From an uncultured Gammaproteobacteria bacterium (lineage in GTDB: Bacteria; Patescibacteriota; Patescibacteriia; UBA9570), in contig CAYLOJ010000001.1 in NCBI GenBank assembly GCA_964385285.1, positions 24,537 through 88,536 of the forward strand: a DNA stretch of 64,000 nucleotides, written 5' to 3'. Both the position numbers and the translations under genes were made by a program. The notes below the pieces were generated by a model, which was given only the letters and a program-made list of their open reading frames with translations, was not told where the DNA came from and did not search any database. Position 1 is the first letter of the stretch. Every line of letters begins with the position of its first letter. Shown here one piece after another: positions 29,299 through 40,546 of the stretch.

Positions 29299-30744
29299 AT
29301 GCCCGGTAAGTATTATTTAACTACAGCTATTCCTTATGTAAATTCAAAACCACATATCGGTTTTGCATTAGAGCTTGTACAGGCGGATGTGGTAGCGCGT
29401 TATCAACGTCTAATCGGCCAAGATACCTATTTTTTAACCGGAGTTGATGAGAATAGTTTGAAAAATGTTCGTGCAGCTGAACAAGCCGGCGTATCTACAC
29501 AAGCATTGTGCGACCAAAACGCTGCCAGCTTTCAGGAGCTACTGAAGTCGCTCGATATTTCTGCCAATCAATTTTTTCGTACGTCATCAGAACAACATCA
29601 TCGCGGCGCACAAGCGTTGTGGTCTGCCTGTCAGCCGGAAGATATTTATACAAAACGCTATAGTGGGCTCTATTGCGTCGGCTGTGAGGCGTATTACATG
29701 GAAAAAGATCTCGTCGATGGGAAGTGCCCCGAACACAAGACTATCCCAGAGTTAGTAGAAGAAGAGAACTATTTTTTTCGCCTCAGCAATTACACGACTA
29801 AACTAAAAAAACTAATTGAATCAGGTGAGATTCAGATCTATCCGCGCTTTCGTAAAAATGAAGTTTTATCCTTTATTCAAATGGGACTGGAGGACTTTTC
29901 CATCTCCCGCTCCCGCCATCGTGCAAAAGATTGGGGAGTCAGTGTTCCTGGTAATGAGGAGCAGGTGATGTATGTCTGGTTTGATGCGTTGAGCAATTAC
30001 ATTACCGCTCTAGGTTACGGTTCTGGAGATATCAAACTATTTAAGCAATACTGGCCAGCTGATTTGCACGTGATTGGTAAAGGAATATCCAGATTCCACG
30101 CTATCTATTGGCCGGCCATGCTACTTTCTGCTGGCGTCGCTTTACCAAAGTCCATTTTTATCCACGGCTACGTTTCTTCTGGTGGACAAAAAATGAGCAA
30201 ATCGTTAGGCAATGTCGTGGATCCATTTGAATATGTACACAGCTACGGGGCAGATGCTGTGCGCTACTATCTGTTAAGAGAAATACCGCCAGCCGAGGAT
30301 GGTGATTGGTCGGAGGATAAATTTGTTGAGCGCTACAACTCGGATTTAGCTAATGATCTTGGCAATTTAGTCAGTCGCGTCTCCAATATGGTAGATCGCT
30401 ACCTGGGCGGAATGATTCCACCTATCGAATTACCAGACCCCGAGTATCACTTAGAGGATGTTTATACACTGATTAGTCAGTACCGCTTTAACGAAGCCCT
30501 AGACTCAGTTTGGCAAATTATCAAGTTAGCCAACAAAATGGTGGACGACGAGAAGCCTTGGGAGTTGCATAGCAAAGCCAATACAGAAAAATTAGAACGT
30601 GTATTAGCACAGTTAGTGGTGATGGTACAAGATATTGCCTTGGCGCTTGAACCATTCTTACCGACGACTGCCAAAACTATTCAACAGCATTTCAGCCAGC
30701 CAAAAATCAATAAAATCTCTCCGCTCTTTCCGCGGATTCTATAA
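29299..30744 (+). CDS. metG: Methionine--tRNA ligase (short form, no C-terminal tRNA-binding appendix)
   Basis: YYLTTAIPYVNSKPHIGFALE (HIGH-type), Cys-rich CP knuckle (CxxC...CPEH), KMSKSLGN. Confidence 0.95.
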   Translation: MPGKYYLTTAIPYVNSKPHIGFALELVQADVVARYQRLIGQDTYFLTGVDENSLKNVRAAEQAGVSTQALCDQNAASFQELLKSLDISANQFFRTSSEQHHRGAQALWSACQPEDIYTKRYSGLYCVGCEAYYMEKDLVDGKCPEHKTIPELVEEENYFFRLSNYTTKLKKLIESGEIQIYPRFRKNEVLSFIQMGLEDFSISRSRHRAKDWGVSVPGNEEQVMYVWFDALSNYITALGYGSGDIKLFKQYWPADLHVIGKGISRFHAIYWPAMLLSAGVALPKSIFIHGYVSSGGQKMSKSLGNVVDPFEYVHSYGADAVRYYLLREIPPAEDGDWSEDKFVERYNSDLANDLGNLVSRVSNMVDRYLGGMIPPIELPDPEYHLEDVYTLISQYRFNEALDSVWQIIKLANKMVDDEKPWELHSKANTEKLERVLAQLVVMVQDIALALEPFLPTTAKTIQQHFSQPKINKISPLFPRIL

Positions 30745-30755
30745 CTAAACACGGT

Positions 30756-31241
30756 ATGAATATTTTAGATTGGGCAATTGTAATTTGGCTGGTAGTAGCA
30801 TTTCTGAGCGGTGCAAAATTAGGTTTAGTCTATCGGATTGGACACTTTGTGGGCTTGGTTGTTGGAATCTGGCTGGCCTTTACGTATGGTGGAGAAATCG
30901 TAGCATGGTTTGGCGGTGGAATTTACACCACAATCACGGTGGTGCTCGTGCTCATCTCAGGCGTTTCGGCATTAGGCGGTATATTGGCGAAGACATTGGA
31001 TAAAGTCTTTGGAATTTTTTCTTGGATTCCATTCTTGCGGACTGCCAATGCCATTCTTGGCGGAATACTATCGTTAATCATTAACATTGTTGTGTTGAGT
31101 ATAATGTTCGGGCTAGCGATTACTCTATTTACGGCAGACGACACACAATACATCTTAATGGTTGAGCAATCGATGTTTTATCCTTGGTTTATGCCAATTT
31201 CCGAATTGATCGTGCCAATGATTCCTTGGTTTAGCAAATAG
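30756..31241 (+). CDS. cvpA: CvpA-family membrane protein
   Basis: MNILDWAIVIWLVVAFLSGAKLGLVYRIGHFVGL..., 4-TM small membrane protein. Confidence 0.6.
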   Translation: MNILDWAIVIWLVVAFLSGAKLGLVYRIGHFVGLVVGIWLAFTYGGEIVAWFGGGIYTTITVVLVLISGVSALGGILAKTLDKVFGIFSWIPFLRTANAILGGILSLIINIVVLSIMFGLAITLFTADDTQYILMVEQSMFYPWFMPISELIVPMIPWFSK

Positions 31242-31242
31242 C

Positions 31243-32121
31243 ATGCGGTTAGTCGACACACATACTCACGTTAATTTTCAGCCGTTTTTAGATAGTTATC
31301 GCGAGGTCATCCAGCGTGCCACGAATTCCGATATCATCGTGACCAATGTTGGAACGCAATGGGAATCTTCAGAGCGATCGGTTCGCATCGCTGATGAATT
31401 AGGGGGTTTGGTCTATGCAGCTGTAGGCCTGCACCCATTACACTTATTTAAAGATATTGTCGAAGAACAAAAGTTTGGGGATACTACACAGAAGATTGTG
31501 GCGAGATCCGAAAAATTTGATCCGGCAAAATATAAACTGTTAGCACAATCTTCCAAGCGTGTCGTAGCCATTGGTGAATGCGGCTTAGATTATTATCATA
31601 CGGATGGCTTGGCTAGTGTTCAGCAAACCGTTTTACGCCAGCATATTGAATTAGGGATTGCTCTGGATCTGCCACTCATTATCCATTGTCGTGATGCCGG
31701 CATTCATACCGATGATACCGTTCAAGCGTTTGATGATCTAGCTGCTTTGTTGAGTGATTACCAAGGTAAAGTACGTGGGACAATTCACTGTTACACCGGC
31801 ACGCCTAAATACATTGAGCGGTTTCTAAAATTCGGCTTCTATATCGGCTTTACCGGGATTGCAACATTCACCAGTGCTAAGGCGGTGCGGGCGAGTGTGC
31901 AGGCAGTACCGCTGGATCGTATTCTTCTGGAAACTGACGCTCCATATTTAGCTCCGGTACCACATCGTGGTCAGCGTAATGAACCTGCCTACGTGCGCTA
32001 TGTAGCTGAGGAAATTGCCAAGTTAAAGGGTGAGTCATTAGAGAATGTCGCAGCCCAAACGACAAGCAATGCCTTTGACTTGTTCCGCTATCCGGACTGT
32101 CCGAATTCTGGTACACTATAA
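31243..32121 (+). CDS. tatD: TatD-family metal-dependent hydrolase (DNase)
   Basis: DTHTHVNF...IGECGLDYYH...HCRDA...ETDAPYL. Confidence 0.9.
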   Translation: MRLVDTHTHVNFQPFLDSYREVIQRATNSDIIVTNVGTQWESSERSVRIADELGGLVYAAVGLHPLHLFKDIVEEQKFGDTTQKIVARSEKFDPAKYKLLAQSSKRVVAIGECGLDYYHTDGLASVQQTVLRQHIELGIALDLPLIIHCRDAGIHTDDTVQAFDDLAALLSDYQGKVRGTIHCYTGTPKYIERFLKFGFYIGFTGIATFTSAKAVRASVQAVPLDRILLETDAPYLAPVPHRGQRNEPAYVRYVAEEIAKLKGESLENVAAQTTSNAFDLFRYPDCPNSGTL

Positions 32122-32123
32122 CC

Positions 32124-33068
32124 ATGTTGAGTTGGTTAATTCCGTCCATTGTTATCGTCGTCGTTGGCATTGTTTTGTGGTATTGGCTGAATAAACTACT
32201 AACGACCAAGTTAGCACCGAAAGACGATTCAGCTGCTTATACAATGCTGAATCAGAACATTCAGGGCATGCAGCAGAGTTTAAATTCGGTTAGTAGTGGC
32301 CTGAATAGTCGATTAGATAATGCCGCAAAGGTGATCTCCGACGTGAACAAAGAACTCGGTCAGGTCCAGGAAATAGGTCGCAATATGCGTGATTTGCAGC
32401 AGTTTTTGCAATCACCAAAATTGCGCGGCAATATTGGTGAACAGGTATTGCGCGATCTGCTCAGTCAGAATTTTCCTCAGAATTTCTTTGAAATGCAATA
32501 CAAATTTCGTTCTGGTGAAGTAGTAGATGCTTTGTTAAAAACAGACAATGGAATGATTGGTATCGACTCCAAGTTCCCATTAACAAACTTTGATCAGTTA
32601 ATGAAAGCTGATACCGAGGAACTGGCTGCACAATATCGCAAGTTATTTCAGCGCGATGTTAAAAAACATATCAGCGACATCGCCAAAAAATATATTTTGC
32701 CAGAGGAGGGGACGGTGAACTTTGCTTTAATGTATATTCCGTCGGAGGCTATCTACTATGAAATTATCCGCGATGATGTGGAGATGATGGCACATGCCCA
32801 AGCTCAAAAGGTACTACTGGTTTCGCCCAATAGCTTCTATTACTTCTTACGTGTGATTATGATCGGCATGGAAGGTAAAAAAATTGAGAAGCAGGCCCAA
32901 GCAATATTGATCGCTTTACAGGGTTTGCAGAAAGATTCGGACAAGTTTGGTCGTGAATTAGATGTGTTAACTACCCACCTAACCAATGCCAAAAGTGCTT
33001 TAGAACGGGTGTCTAGCCAGTACCATCAATTAGACGCAAAAATTGATCAAATTAAGCTTTTAGAGTAG
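32124..33068 (+). CDS. rmuC: DNA recombination protein RmuC
   Basis: N-terminal TM, coiled coil, then GNIGEQVLRDLL...VVDALLKTDNGMIGIDSKFPL, the RmuC nuclease-like core. Confidence 0.75.
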   Translation: MLSWLIPSIVIVVVGIVLWYWLNKLLTTKLAPKDDSAAYTMLNQNIQGMQQSLNSVSSGLNSRLDNAAKVISDVNKELGQVQEIGRNMRDLQQFLQSPKLRGNIGEQVLRDLLSQNFPQNFFEMQYKFRSGEVVDALLKTDNGMIGIDSKFPLTNFDQLMKADTEELAAQYRKLFQRDVKKHISDIAKKYILPEEGTVNFALMYIPSEAIYYEIIRDDVEMMAHAQAQKVLLVSPNSFYYFLRVIMIGMEGKKIEKQAQAILIALQGLQKDSDKFGRELDVLTTHLTNAKSALERVSSQYHQLDAKIDQIKLLE

Positions 33069-33076
33069 CCTAGCGC

Positions 33077-33646
33077 ATGGATATGACTAACCGACCATGG
33101 GAACAGTTAAAGACCCTAAAAGAGCAATTTAAAGGCACTGGGGTTGAATTAGGTAAGAATGTCACCATTCATCCTACAGCAGTGATTGAAGGTCCAGTTA
33201 AAATTGGCGATAACACAGTGGTTGGCGTTGGAGCCTTCATTCGTCCGTATACAATAATTGGTAGCGATTGCGTGATTGGTCACGCCACGGAAGTCAAACA
33301 CTCTATTATTGGTAATCACGTTACTTTGCCGCATTTTAATTATGTGGGCGACAGTATTTTGTCAGATTATGTCCACCTCGGCGGCGGTGCTGTGTTGGCA
33401 AATTTTAAGAGTGACGGCAGTACAATTCAGGTTGCAATGGATGGTCAAAAAATTGATACTGGTCTTACTAAGTTTGGTGCCGTGCTCGGCGAACATGTGG
33501 AGATTGGCGGTGGGGCTTTTTTGAATCCCGGTACCATTGTAGGTGCCAATACTACCATCTATCCCAAGGCTATTGTCCGCGGTAGCATTCCTGCCAACTC
33601 GATCGTCAAAGTTCGACAAGATCAAGAGATTGTTTCGAAGCACTAG
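33077..33646 (+). CDS. Left-handed beta-helix (hexapeptide-repeat) acyl/acetyltransferase
   Basis: Tandem hexapeptide repeats (IGDNTVVGVGAFIRPYTIIGSDCVIGHATEV...). Confidence 0.65.
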   Translation: MDMTNRPWEQLKTLKEQFKGTGVELGKNVTIHPTAVIEGPVKIGDNTVVGVGAFIRPYTIIGSDCVIGHATEVKHSIIGNHVTLPHFNYVGDSILSDYVHLGGGAVLANFKSDGSTIQVAMDGQKIDTGLTKFGAVLGEHVEIGGGAFLNPGTIVGANTTIYPKAIVRGSIPANSIVKVRQDQEIVSKH

Positions 33647-33667
33647 TAACTGAGCAAGATCCTCAAT

Positions 33668-33697
33668 AACCCCATATATTCTGTGGGGTTATTTTGT
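33668..33697 (+). terminator. Rho-independent terminator after the hexapeptide-transferase gene
   Basis: AACCCCA-tatattctg-TGGGGTT then ATTTTGT. Confidence 0.6.
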
Positions 33698-33701
33698 ACC
33701 T

Positions 33702-33736
33702 AAAAACCAAAAACCCCTCTCCCGGAAGGAGAGGGG
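33702..33736 (-). terminator. Rho-independent terminator of the atp operon (after atpC)
   Basis: On the minus strand: CCCCTCTCC-ttccg-GGAGAGGGG followed by TTTTTGGTTTTT. Confidence 0.7.
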
Positions 33737-33749
33737 TAGGGGGAGAGGA

Positions 33750-34169
33750 CTATTTCTTCCATTTCTTACCAACGTTGAGACGAGCGCGCTCGTGTTCAAG
33801 TTGTTTTTGTAGCATGCTATACGAATTAAGATCCAAATCGGTGCGATTTTTGAGATCCTGTTCCAACTGTTGAGTGCGGGACTCTGCAGCGGCAATATCG
33901 ATGTCACTAGCGTGCTCAGCAGAGTCTGCTAACACGTAGAGAGTGTTGTGGTAAACCTCAACGAGACCACCACTAACCGCTAATGGGTAGCTTTTTCCTT
34001 CAGCTCGCACAATCAATTCTCCTGGTTCCAAAATACTGACTAGTTCAGTATGTTCAGGTAATACAGTAATTTCACCAAGGCGAGTAGGCAAACTTACACC
34101 ATCTACCGTTTGTTCGAAGACGGTCTCTACGGGTGTCACCATTTTGAATTTTAGGTTTGCCTGTGTCAT
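33750..34169 (-). CDS. atpC: F1Fo ATP synthase epsilon subunit
   Basis: KFKMVTPVETVFE...GEITVLPEHTELVSILEPGEL. Confidence 0.9.
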   Translation of the reverse strand: MTQANLKFKMVTPVETVFEQTVDGVSLPTRLGEITVLPEHTELVSILEPGELIVRAEGKSYPLAVSGGLVEVYHNTLYVLADSAEHASDIDIAAAESRTQQLEQDLKNRTDLDLNSYSMLQKQLEHERARLNVGKKWKK

Positions 34170-34180
34170 GTATTTTTGAG

Positions 34181-35557
<1,377 letters not shown>

Positions 35558-35592
35558 TTAGATTAAATAAATTATTGTTTTGTTAACATGGT

Positions 35593-36528
35593 TTAAGATA
35601 CCGCTGCCGTGCCGGCTGCAATTTCAGCAATTTCTTTTGTAATACTGGCTTGTCGCGTGCGGTTAAACGCTAACACCAAATCATCAATCATGTCGGTTGC
35701 CGCATCCGAAGCATTCTTCATCGCGAGCATACGAGCCGAGTGCTCAGAGGCATTACTTTCCAACAAGGCCTGATAAATCTGAGCTTCTGCCAAACGCGGA
35801 ACAACATATTCTAAGACATCTAGTTTACCAGGTTCATAGATGTAGTCGGCACTGACCGATAACTCTGGAGTAGCAGTCAGAGGTAATGTCGTTTCATTTT
35901 CCACTGCCTCAGCGATACTGCCGGCCTGCAGTAATGGGAAAAGTTGCTTCACTACAGGAGTTTGTAATACAGCGGACTTATAATCGGTATAAGCGACTAA
36001 GACACGATCAGTTTGTTTGGTACTGAATTGTTTGTAAGCATAGGCTGCCACTTCTGCAATGGATCCAGTATTCTTGGCAGTGTCGTCTTTAACATATGCA
36101 AATTCAGCTTTCACGCCGATAGCATTGAGTGTCGTAACACCTTTTTTACCAATCATGATCAATTCCAGATTATTTCGTCCATGATGCTTAATCTGTTTGA
36201 CGACGCGCTTCATTACATTGCTGTTGAACGCCCCACATAACCCACGGTTGGAAGTAAAGACAATCAAGGTAATTTTTTCTGGAGTACCCGCTTCTAACTC
36301 TGGAGCTACAAAGAAGCGACGAACTGAATCTGTTGGTTTCAACTCAACGCTGCTCATTACGCGATTAATCACATCCCACAGCATGTTCGCGTAGGTTCGT
36401 GTGTTTAACGCAGACTGCACAGCACGGCGCATTTTAGCGGCGGATACTAACTCCATCGCTTTCGTAATTTTTTTCGAGTTCTTTACGGAGCGGAGTCGAT
36501 TTTTAATTTCGCGACCTTGCAATGCCAT
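35593..36528 (-). CDS. atpG: F1Fo ATP synthase gamma subunit
   Basis: MALQGREIKNRLRSVKNSKKITKAMELVSAAKMRRA... Confidence 0.95.
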   Translation of the reverse strand: MALQGREIKNRLRSVKNSKKITKAMELVSAAKMRRAVQSALNTRTYANMLWDVINRVMSSVELKPTDSVRRFFVAPELEAGTPEKITLIVFTSNRGLCGAFNSNVMKRVVKQIKHHGRNNLELIMIGKKGVTTLNAIGVKAEFAYVKDDTAKNTGSIAEVAAYAYKQFSTKQTDRVLVAYTDYKSAVLQTPVVKQLFPLLQAGSIAEAVENETTLPLTATPELSVSADYIYEPGKLDVLEYVVPRLAEAQIYQALLESNASEHSARMLAMKNASDAATDMIDDLVLAFNRTRQASITKEIAEIAAGTAAVS

Positions 36529-36536
36529 AGAATAGC

Positions 36537-38069
36537 TTAAGCGACACGTTGATCAGCGGATAAAGTAGCCTTATAATCAGCAATCATATTTTGCAGTTTG
36601 GTTTCCCAAGCATCATCAAACGCTTTTTCAGTACGGATCTTTTCCAGTAAATCATTGGCGTGCTGTTCCACGTACTCGACTAAGCCAACACTAAACTCTT
36701 GAATGTAGTTAGCTTTGACATCATCCGTTAAACCTTTAGTGACAGCGTAAATTTGAATGACCTGTTGTTCAACGGATAATGGTTCGTATTGTTTCTGTTT
36801 CAATAGTTCTTCTAAACGTTTGCCGCGCTCTAATTGTTTTTTGGTAGCTTCATCTAAATCGGAACCGAATTGTGTGAAGGCTTCCAATTCGCGGAACTGA
36901 GCTAAGCCTAAGCGTAATGTACCAGCGACTTTTTTCATCGCTTTAATCTGAGCAGCGCCACCGACGCGCGATACCGACAGACCGACGTTAATAGCAGGAC
37001 GGAAACCTTTGTTGAACAGGTTGGTTTCTAAATAGATCTGACCATCAGTAATGGAAATCACGTTGGTAGGAATATAAGCGGATACATCGTTACCTTGGGT
37101 TTCAATGATCGGTAGAGCAGTGAGCGAACCATTGCCATTGTCTTCGTTCAACTTGGCAGCACGTTCTAGTAAACGAGAATGCAGATAGAACACATCTCCA
37201 GGATAAGCTTCGCGCCCTGGTGGACGGCGTAACAGTAAGGAAATTTGGCGATAGGCAACAGCATGCTTGGAAAGATCATCATAAACAATCAAGGCGTCCT
37301 GACCTTTATCCATGAAATATTCACCCATGGCACAACCTGCATATGGAGCCAAGAATGCGAGCGCGGCGGGTTCAGCGGCACCAGCACTGACGATAATGGT
37401 GTAATCCATCGCTCCTTTTTCTGTGAGCTTGGCAACTAATTGTGCAATCTTACTTTCTTTCTGACCGATGGCCACATAGATACAGATCATATTTTGGCCT
37501 TTTTGGTTCAGAATGGTATCAATCGCCACAGCGGTTTTACCCGTTTGACGGTCACCGATGATCAACTCGCGTTGACCACGACCCACTGGAGTCATGGCAT
37601 CGATGGATTTAATACCAGTCTGCACCGGCTGATGCACGGATTTACGGGTGATAACACCAGGAGCAACACGTTCCATTGGATAGGTTTTACTTGCCTTGAT
37701 AGGCCCTTTACCATCCTTTGGATTGCCCAAAGCATCAACCACGCGTCCGATCAGCCCTTCACCTACCGGTACTTCTAAAATTTTGCCCAAACTTTTGACT
37801 TTCATGCCCTCACTAATACCTGTGTAGTCGCCCATGACCATGATACCCACCATGCCTTCTTCCAAGTTTAACGCAACGCCTTGGATGCCATTATCAAATT
37901 CAACCATTTCAGAGGCGCGTACTTCAGCCAAACCGGTGGCCTTAACAATACCGTCACCAACTTCGATGACTGTACCGATTTTTTCGGCTTCTAAGGATTG
38001 CTTAAAATTAGCAATTTCTTGCTTGAGGTGTTCGACAATACTTGGAGTAGAGGCTTTCGTATCCGACAT
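36537..38069 (-). CDS. atpA: F1Fo ATP synthase alpha subunit
   Basis: GDRQTGKTA Walker A, full-length alpha. Confidence 0.97.
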   Translation of the reverse strand: MSDTKASTPSIVEHLKQEIANFKQSLEAEKIGTVIEVGDGIVKATGLAEVRASEMVEFDNGIQGVALNLEEGMVGIMVMGDYTGISEGMKVKSLGKILEVPVGEGLIGRVVDALGNPKDGKGPIKASKTYPMERVAPGVITRKSVHQPVQTGIKSIDAMTPVGRGQRELIIGDRQTGKTAVAIDTILNQKGQNMICIYVAIGQKESKIAQLVAKLTEKGAMDYTIIVSAGAAEPAALAFLAPYAGCAMGEYFMDKGQDALIVYDDLSKHAVAYRQISLLLRRPPGREAYPGDVFYLHSRLLERAAKLNEDNGNGSLTALPIIETQGNDVSAYIPTNVISITDGQIYLETNLFNKGFRPAINVGLSVSRVGGAAQIKAMKKVAGTLRLGLAQFRELEAFTQFGSDLDEATKKQLERGKRLEELLKQKQYEPLSVEQQVIQIYAVTKGLTDDVKANYIQEFSVGLVEYVEQHANDLLEKIRTEKAFDDAWETKLQNMIADYKATLSADQRVA

Positions 38070-38099
38070 AAGGGAGTAGGTGATTAAGTGGGTAATGAA

Positions 38100-38489
38100 T
38101 TAACGAAGGGTATGGGCGAGTTGATTTAATTGTCCTTTGACAGACAGATCCCAGCGCTGATTGATGGTTTCGATTTGAGCACCACCAATGACCATTGGGT
38201 CAACCTGCTGATCAATCACAGTCTTCGCAGTGGGCAATACTGCAGCGACCAGTTGATTCAGTAAATCTTGATCTAAGGCGTGGGCACTACGGACAGTCAC
38301 TGCCACTGTACCATTTTGACGATGCTGTAACACATCAACTAAACGGACAATCTCTGGCAGCCACTTCACATGACCATGACTGTAGATATGTTTTAACACA
38401 CGCTTGGAAATATCATTCCAATCCTCAGGCTTGCTCTCAGCGAGAACAGAGAACCAGGCTTGGGCGTAATATTTAGGGGTTAAGCGCAT
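38100..38489 (-). CDS. atpH: F1Fo ATP synthase delta (OSCP) subunit, unusually short (129 aa)
   Basis: C-terminal OSCP motif ...VDPMVIGGAQIETINQRWDLSVKGQLNQL. The N-terminal helical domain is reduced to about 45 aa. Confidence 0.75.
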   Translation of the reverse strand: MRLTPKYYAQAWFSVLAESKPEDWNDISKRVLKHIYSHGHVKWLPEIVRLVDVLQHRQNGTVAVTVRSAHALDQDLLNQLVAAVLPTAKTVIDQQVDPMVIGGAQIETINQRWDLSVKGQLNQLAHTLR

Positions 38490-38490
38490 G

Positions 38491-38985
38491 TTATTTAAGA
38501 TCAGCTAAACTGCGCTCAATTAAAGTTTTGTCCGCTGGTGCAGTCAGCTTCTCTTTTAAGATGCGTTCTGTAGCCAGCAACACTACCTCACCGAGCTCAG
38601 CTTTGGCGTCTTGTAGCATTTTGTCATGCTCCAGACGAATATCCTGTTTGGCCTTTTCAATGACTTTGGCCGCTTCGGCTTTACTGCGTTCTACCAACTG
38701 ATTGCCTTGTACAACGGCAGCAGCTTTAGCTTCGTCCAACACGCGTTGAGCATCCACTTTAGCCTCTGCAATTAAGCGTTTTTGTTCAGCTGTAGCTGAA
38801 TCGAGTGCAGTCTGAGCCTGTTCAGCTTGCTGGATACCTTTTTCAATTTTGTCTGTCCGTTCCTGAACAAATTTCAGGATCGGTTTATAGCCAATTTTGT
38901 AAAGGATAAATCCAAGCAACACAAAGTTCACTACCTGCGCAATCAGGATTTTGACGTCTAAACCAAGCGCAGATAATAACTCCAT
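38491..38985 (-). CDS. atpF: F1Fo ATP synthase b subunit
   Basis: Single N-terminal TM, then a long charged helix. Confidence 0.9.
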   Translation of the reverse strand: MELLSALGLDVKILIAQVVNFVLLGFILYKIGYKPILKFVQERTDKIEKGIQQAEQAQTALDSATAEQKRLIAEAKVDAQRVLDEAKAAAVVQGNQLVERSKAEAAKVIEKAKQDIRLEHDKMLQDAKAELGEVVLLATERILKEKLTAPADKTLIERSLADLK

Positions 38986-38992
38986 ATCCGAA

Positions 38993-39220
38993 CTAGACGA
39001 ACAAGATCAATAAAGCAATAACCAAGGAATAAATACCGAGAGATTCGGTAATAGCCATGGCGATTACTAATTTACCGAAGATACTGCCTTCGATGCTTGG
39101 ATTGCGGCCAATGGATTCCATAGTTTGACGAACCATCATACCTTGGGCCATAGCTGGGGCGATACAACCGAAAGCAACAGTGGCTCCGGCGACGATGTAT
39201 TTGATTGCTTCTGCGTCCAT
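38993..39220 (-). CDS. atpE: F1Fo ATP synthase c subunit
   Basis: Helical hairpin with a conserved carboxylate in ...AITESLGIYSLVIALL. Confidence 0.95.
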   Translation of the reverse strand: MDAEAIKYIVAGATVAFGCIAPAMAQGMMVRQTMESIGRNPSIEGSIFGKLVIAMAITESLGIYSLVIALLILFV

Positions 39221-39247
39221 AAAATTATGTAAACGATTAATTATTTA

Positions 39248-40144
39248 TTAATTAGCTAATTTAGGTTGGGCTTGCTGGTGCTTCAAGTGTAGCCCCTCTT
39301 CCACCGAGATATTCACGAATAACAGAATTAACATCGGGAACAGTAATGCCTGAATGGTGGCGGTTAATAATCCAAGCATAGCAAAGGGGAGTGGGGCAAC
39401 GAACGGCGCGATCGCCAACATCACTAACATCAAGACTTCTTCAGAGAAAATATTTCCGAATAAACGAAAGGACAGAGACAATACACGAGCAACCTCACCC
39501 ACTAGTTCTAAGATCCCTACAAAGAATGAGATTGGGCTAGAAAAGTTGAGGTATTTACCGACATAGATCTTAACGCCTACGAACTTCCAAATCGTATATT
39601 GCGAAAACAAAAACATCAGTACGGTAATGCCAACCACTAAGGCATAATCGGCTAAGGCTGGGCGATATAAGTGGTGTCCGTTGACTTCAAAGGCTAACAA
39701 ACCAGGAAGGAAGTTGGCCATGTTGGAAGTCCAGAAGAACAAAACGAGTGTCATGAACACAGGGAAAATATGCTTCGTTAAAGCTTCATTCTTTGTAGTA
39801 TCCTTAACGAAATTATAGCCGGTGAGCAGAATAGTTTCGTAGAATAACTGTAGTTTTCCAGGGACCGTTTTCAGTTGGCTGCGCACAATTACGGTCAGAA
39901 TAACCAAAAATAAACTGACGGAGTAAGCCGCCAGCATAGAGTTGGTTACCGGTAAGGAACCAATGTTAAAAATAGTTTCAGGTTTAAGACTTACGTGAAT
40001 AGCACTCTCTTCATGGGCTGCTTCAGCCTGGGTATCATCACTCGCATGCTCAACTGCTGTTACTTCAGCATGTTCAGTCAGTTCCACCTCGGTCGTTGTG
40101 GCAACTTCTTCTTGATGCTCGGTAGTGGTTGTAATTTCGCTCAT
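39248..40144 (-). CDS. atpB: F1Fo ATP synthase a subunit with a ~60-aa acidic T/E/A-rich N-terminal extension
   Basis: Conserved LSLSFRLFGNIFSEEV (essential Arg). N-terminus is MSEITTTTEHQEEVATTTEVELTEHAEV... Confidence 0.9.
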   Translation of the reverse strand: MSEITTTTEHQEEVATTTEVELTEHAEVTAVEHASDDTQAEAAHEESAIHVSLKPETIFNIGSLPVTNSMLAAYSVSLFLVILTVIVRSQLKTVPGKLQLFYETILLTGYNFVKDTTKNEALTKHIFPVFMTLVLFFWTSNMANFLPGLLAFEVNGHHLYRPALADYALVVGITVLMFLFSQYTIWKFVGVKIYVGKYLNFSSPISFFVGILELVGEVARVLSLSFRLFGNIFSEEVLMLVMLAIAPFVAPLPFAMLGLLTATIQALLFPMLILLFVNISVEEGLHLKHQQAQPKLAN

Positions 40145-40170
40145 TCTCTTATCACTATATACACTATAAA

Positions 40171-40380
40171 TTACGGCTTTTTCACCAGTTTAACCAGCTT
40201 GTTGGTTGTTGTGATGATTAGCAGGTTGGAGGTAATGAAGGCAATGAAAATGCCTGCAATTACATATTTTGTTGAGCCATAACGTTGGGTTAGAGCCCAG
40301 CCAATTCCACCGAACAGGGCGAGGGGCCCGAGGATATTTCCGGTTGAAACTGCCAAAGCGGTGACTAACTGTGATTTCAT
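40171..40380 (-). CDS. AtpI/AtpZ-like small membrane protein at the head of the atp operon
   Basis: 69 aa, two TM helices. Sits directly upstream of atpB, as in many atp operons. Confidence 0.55.
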   Translation of the reverse strand: MKSQLVTALAVSTGNILGPLALFGGIGWALTQRYGSTKYVIAGIFIAFITSNLLIITTTNKLVKLVKKP

Positions 40381-40389
40381 GGCGCCTCT

Positions 40390-40418
40390 ATTCTAAAGTA
40401 AAACCCTAGATGGGTCAA
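40390..40418 (-). promoter_or_regulatory. atp operon promoter TTGACC-17-TAGAAT, 9 nt upstream of the atpI-like ATG (40380)
   Basis: -35 is the rc of 40413-40418, -10 is the rc of 40390-40395. Confidence 0.45.
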
Positions 40419-40476
40419 CGACTGGCTTTTAGGTATGTGGATAAATCAAAAAAACTCAAAATTTCCGTTACACAGC

Positions 40477-40505
40477 TTGACATTTGTAAAAAAAAATACT
40501 ATAAG
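40477..40505 (+). promoter_or_regulatory. Sigma70-like promoter TTGACA-17-TATAAG upstream of the small-ORF/giant-protein operon
   Basis: -35 40477-40482, -10 40500-40505. About 41 nt before ATG 40547, so this one is not leaderless. Confidence 0.4.
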
Positions 40506-40546
40506 AATAGTATCTTAAAACAGATAAAATAGAACGCATTGTGCCT

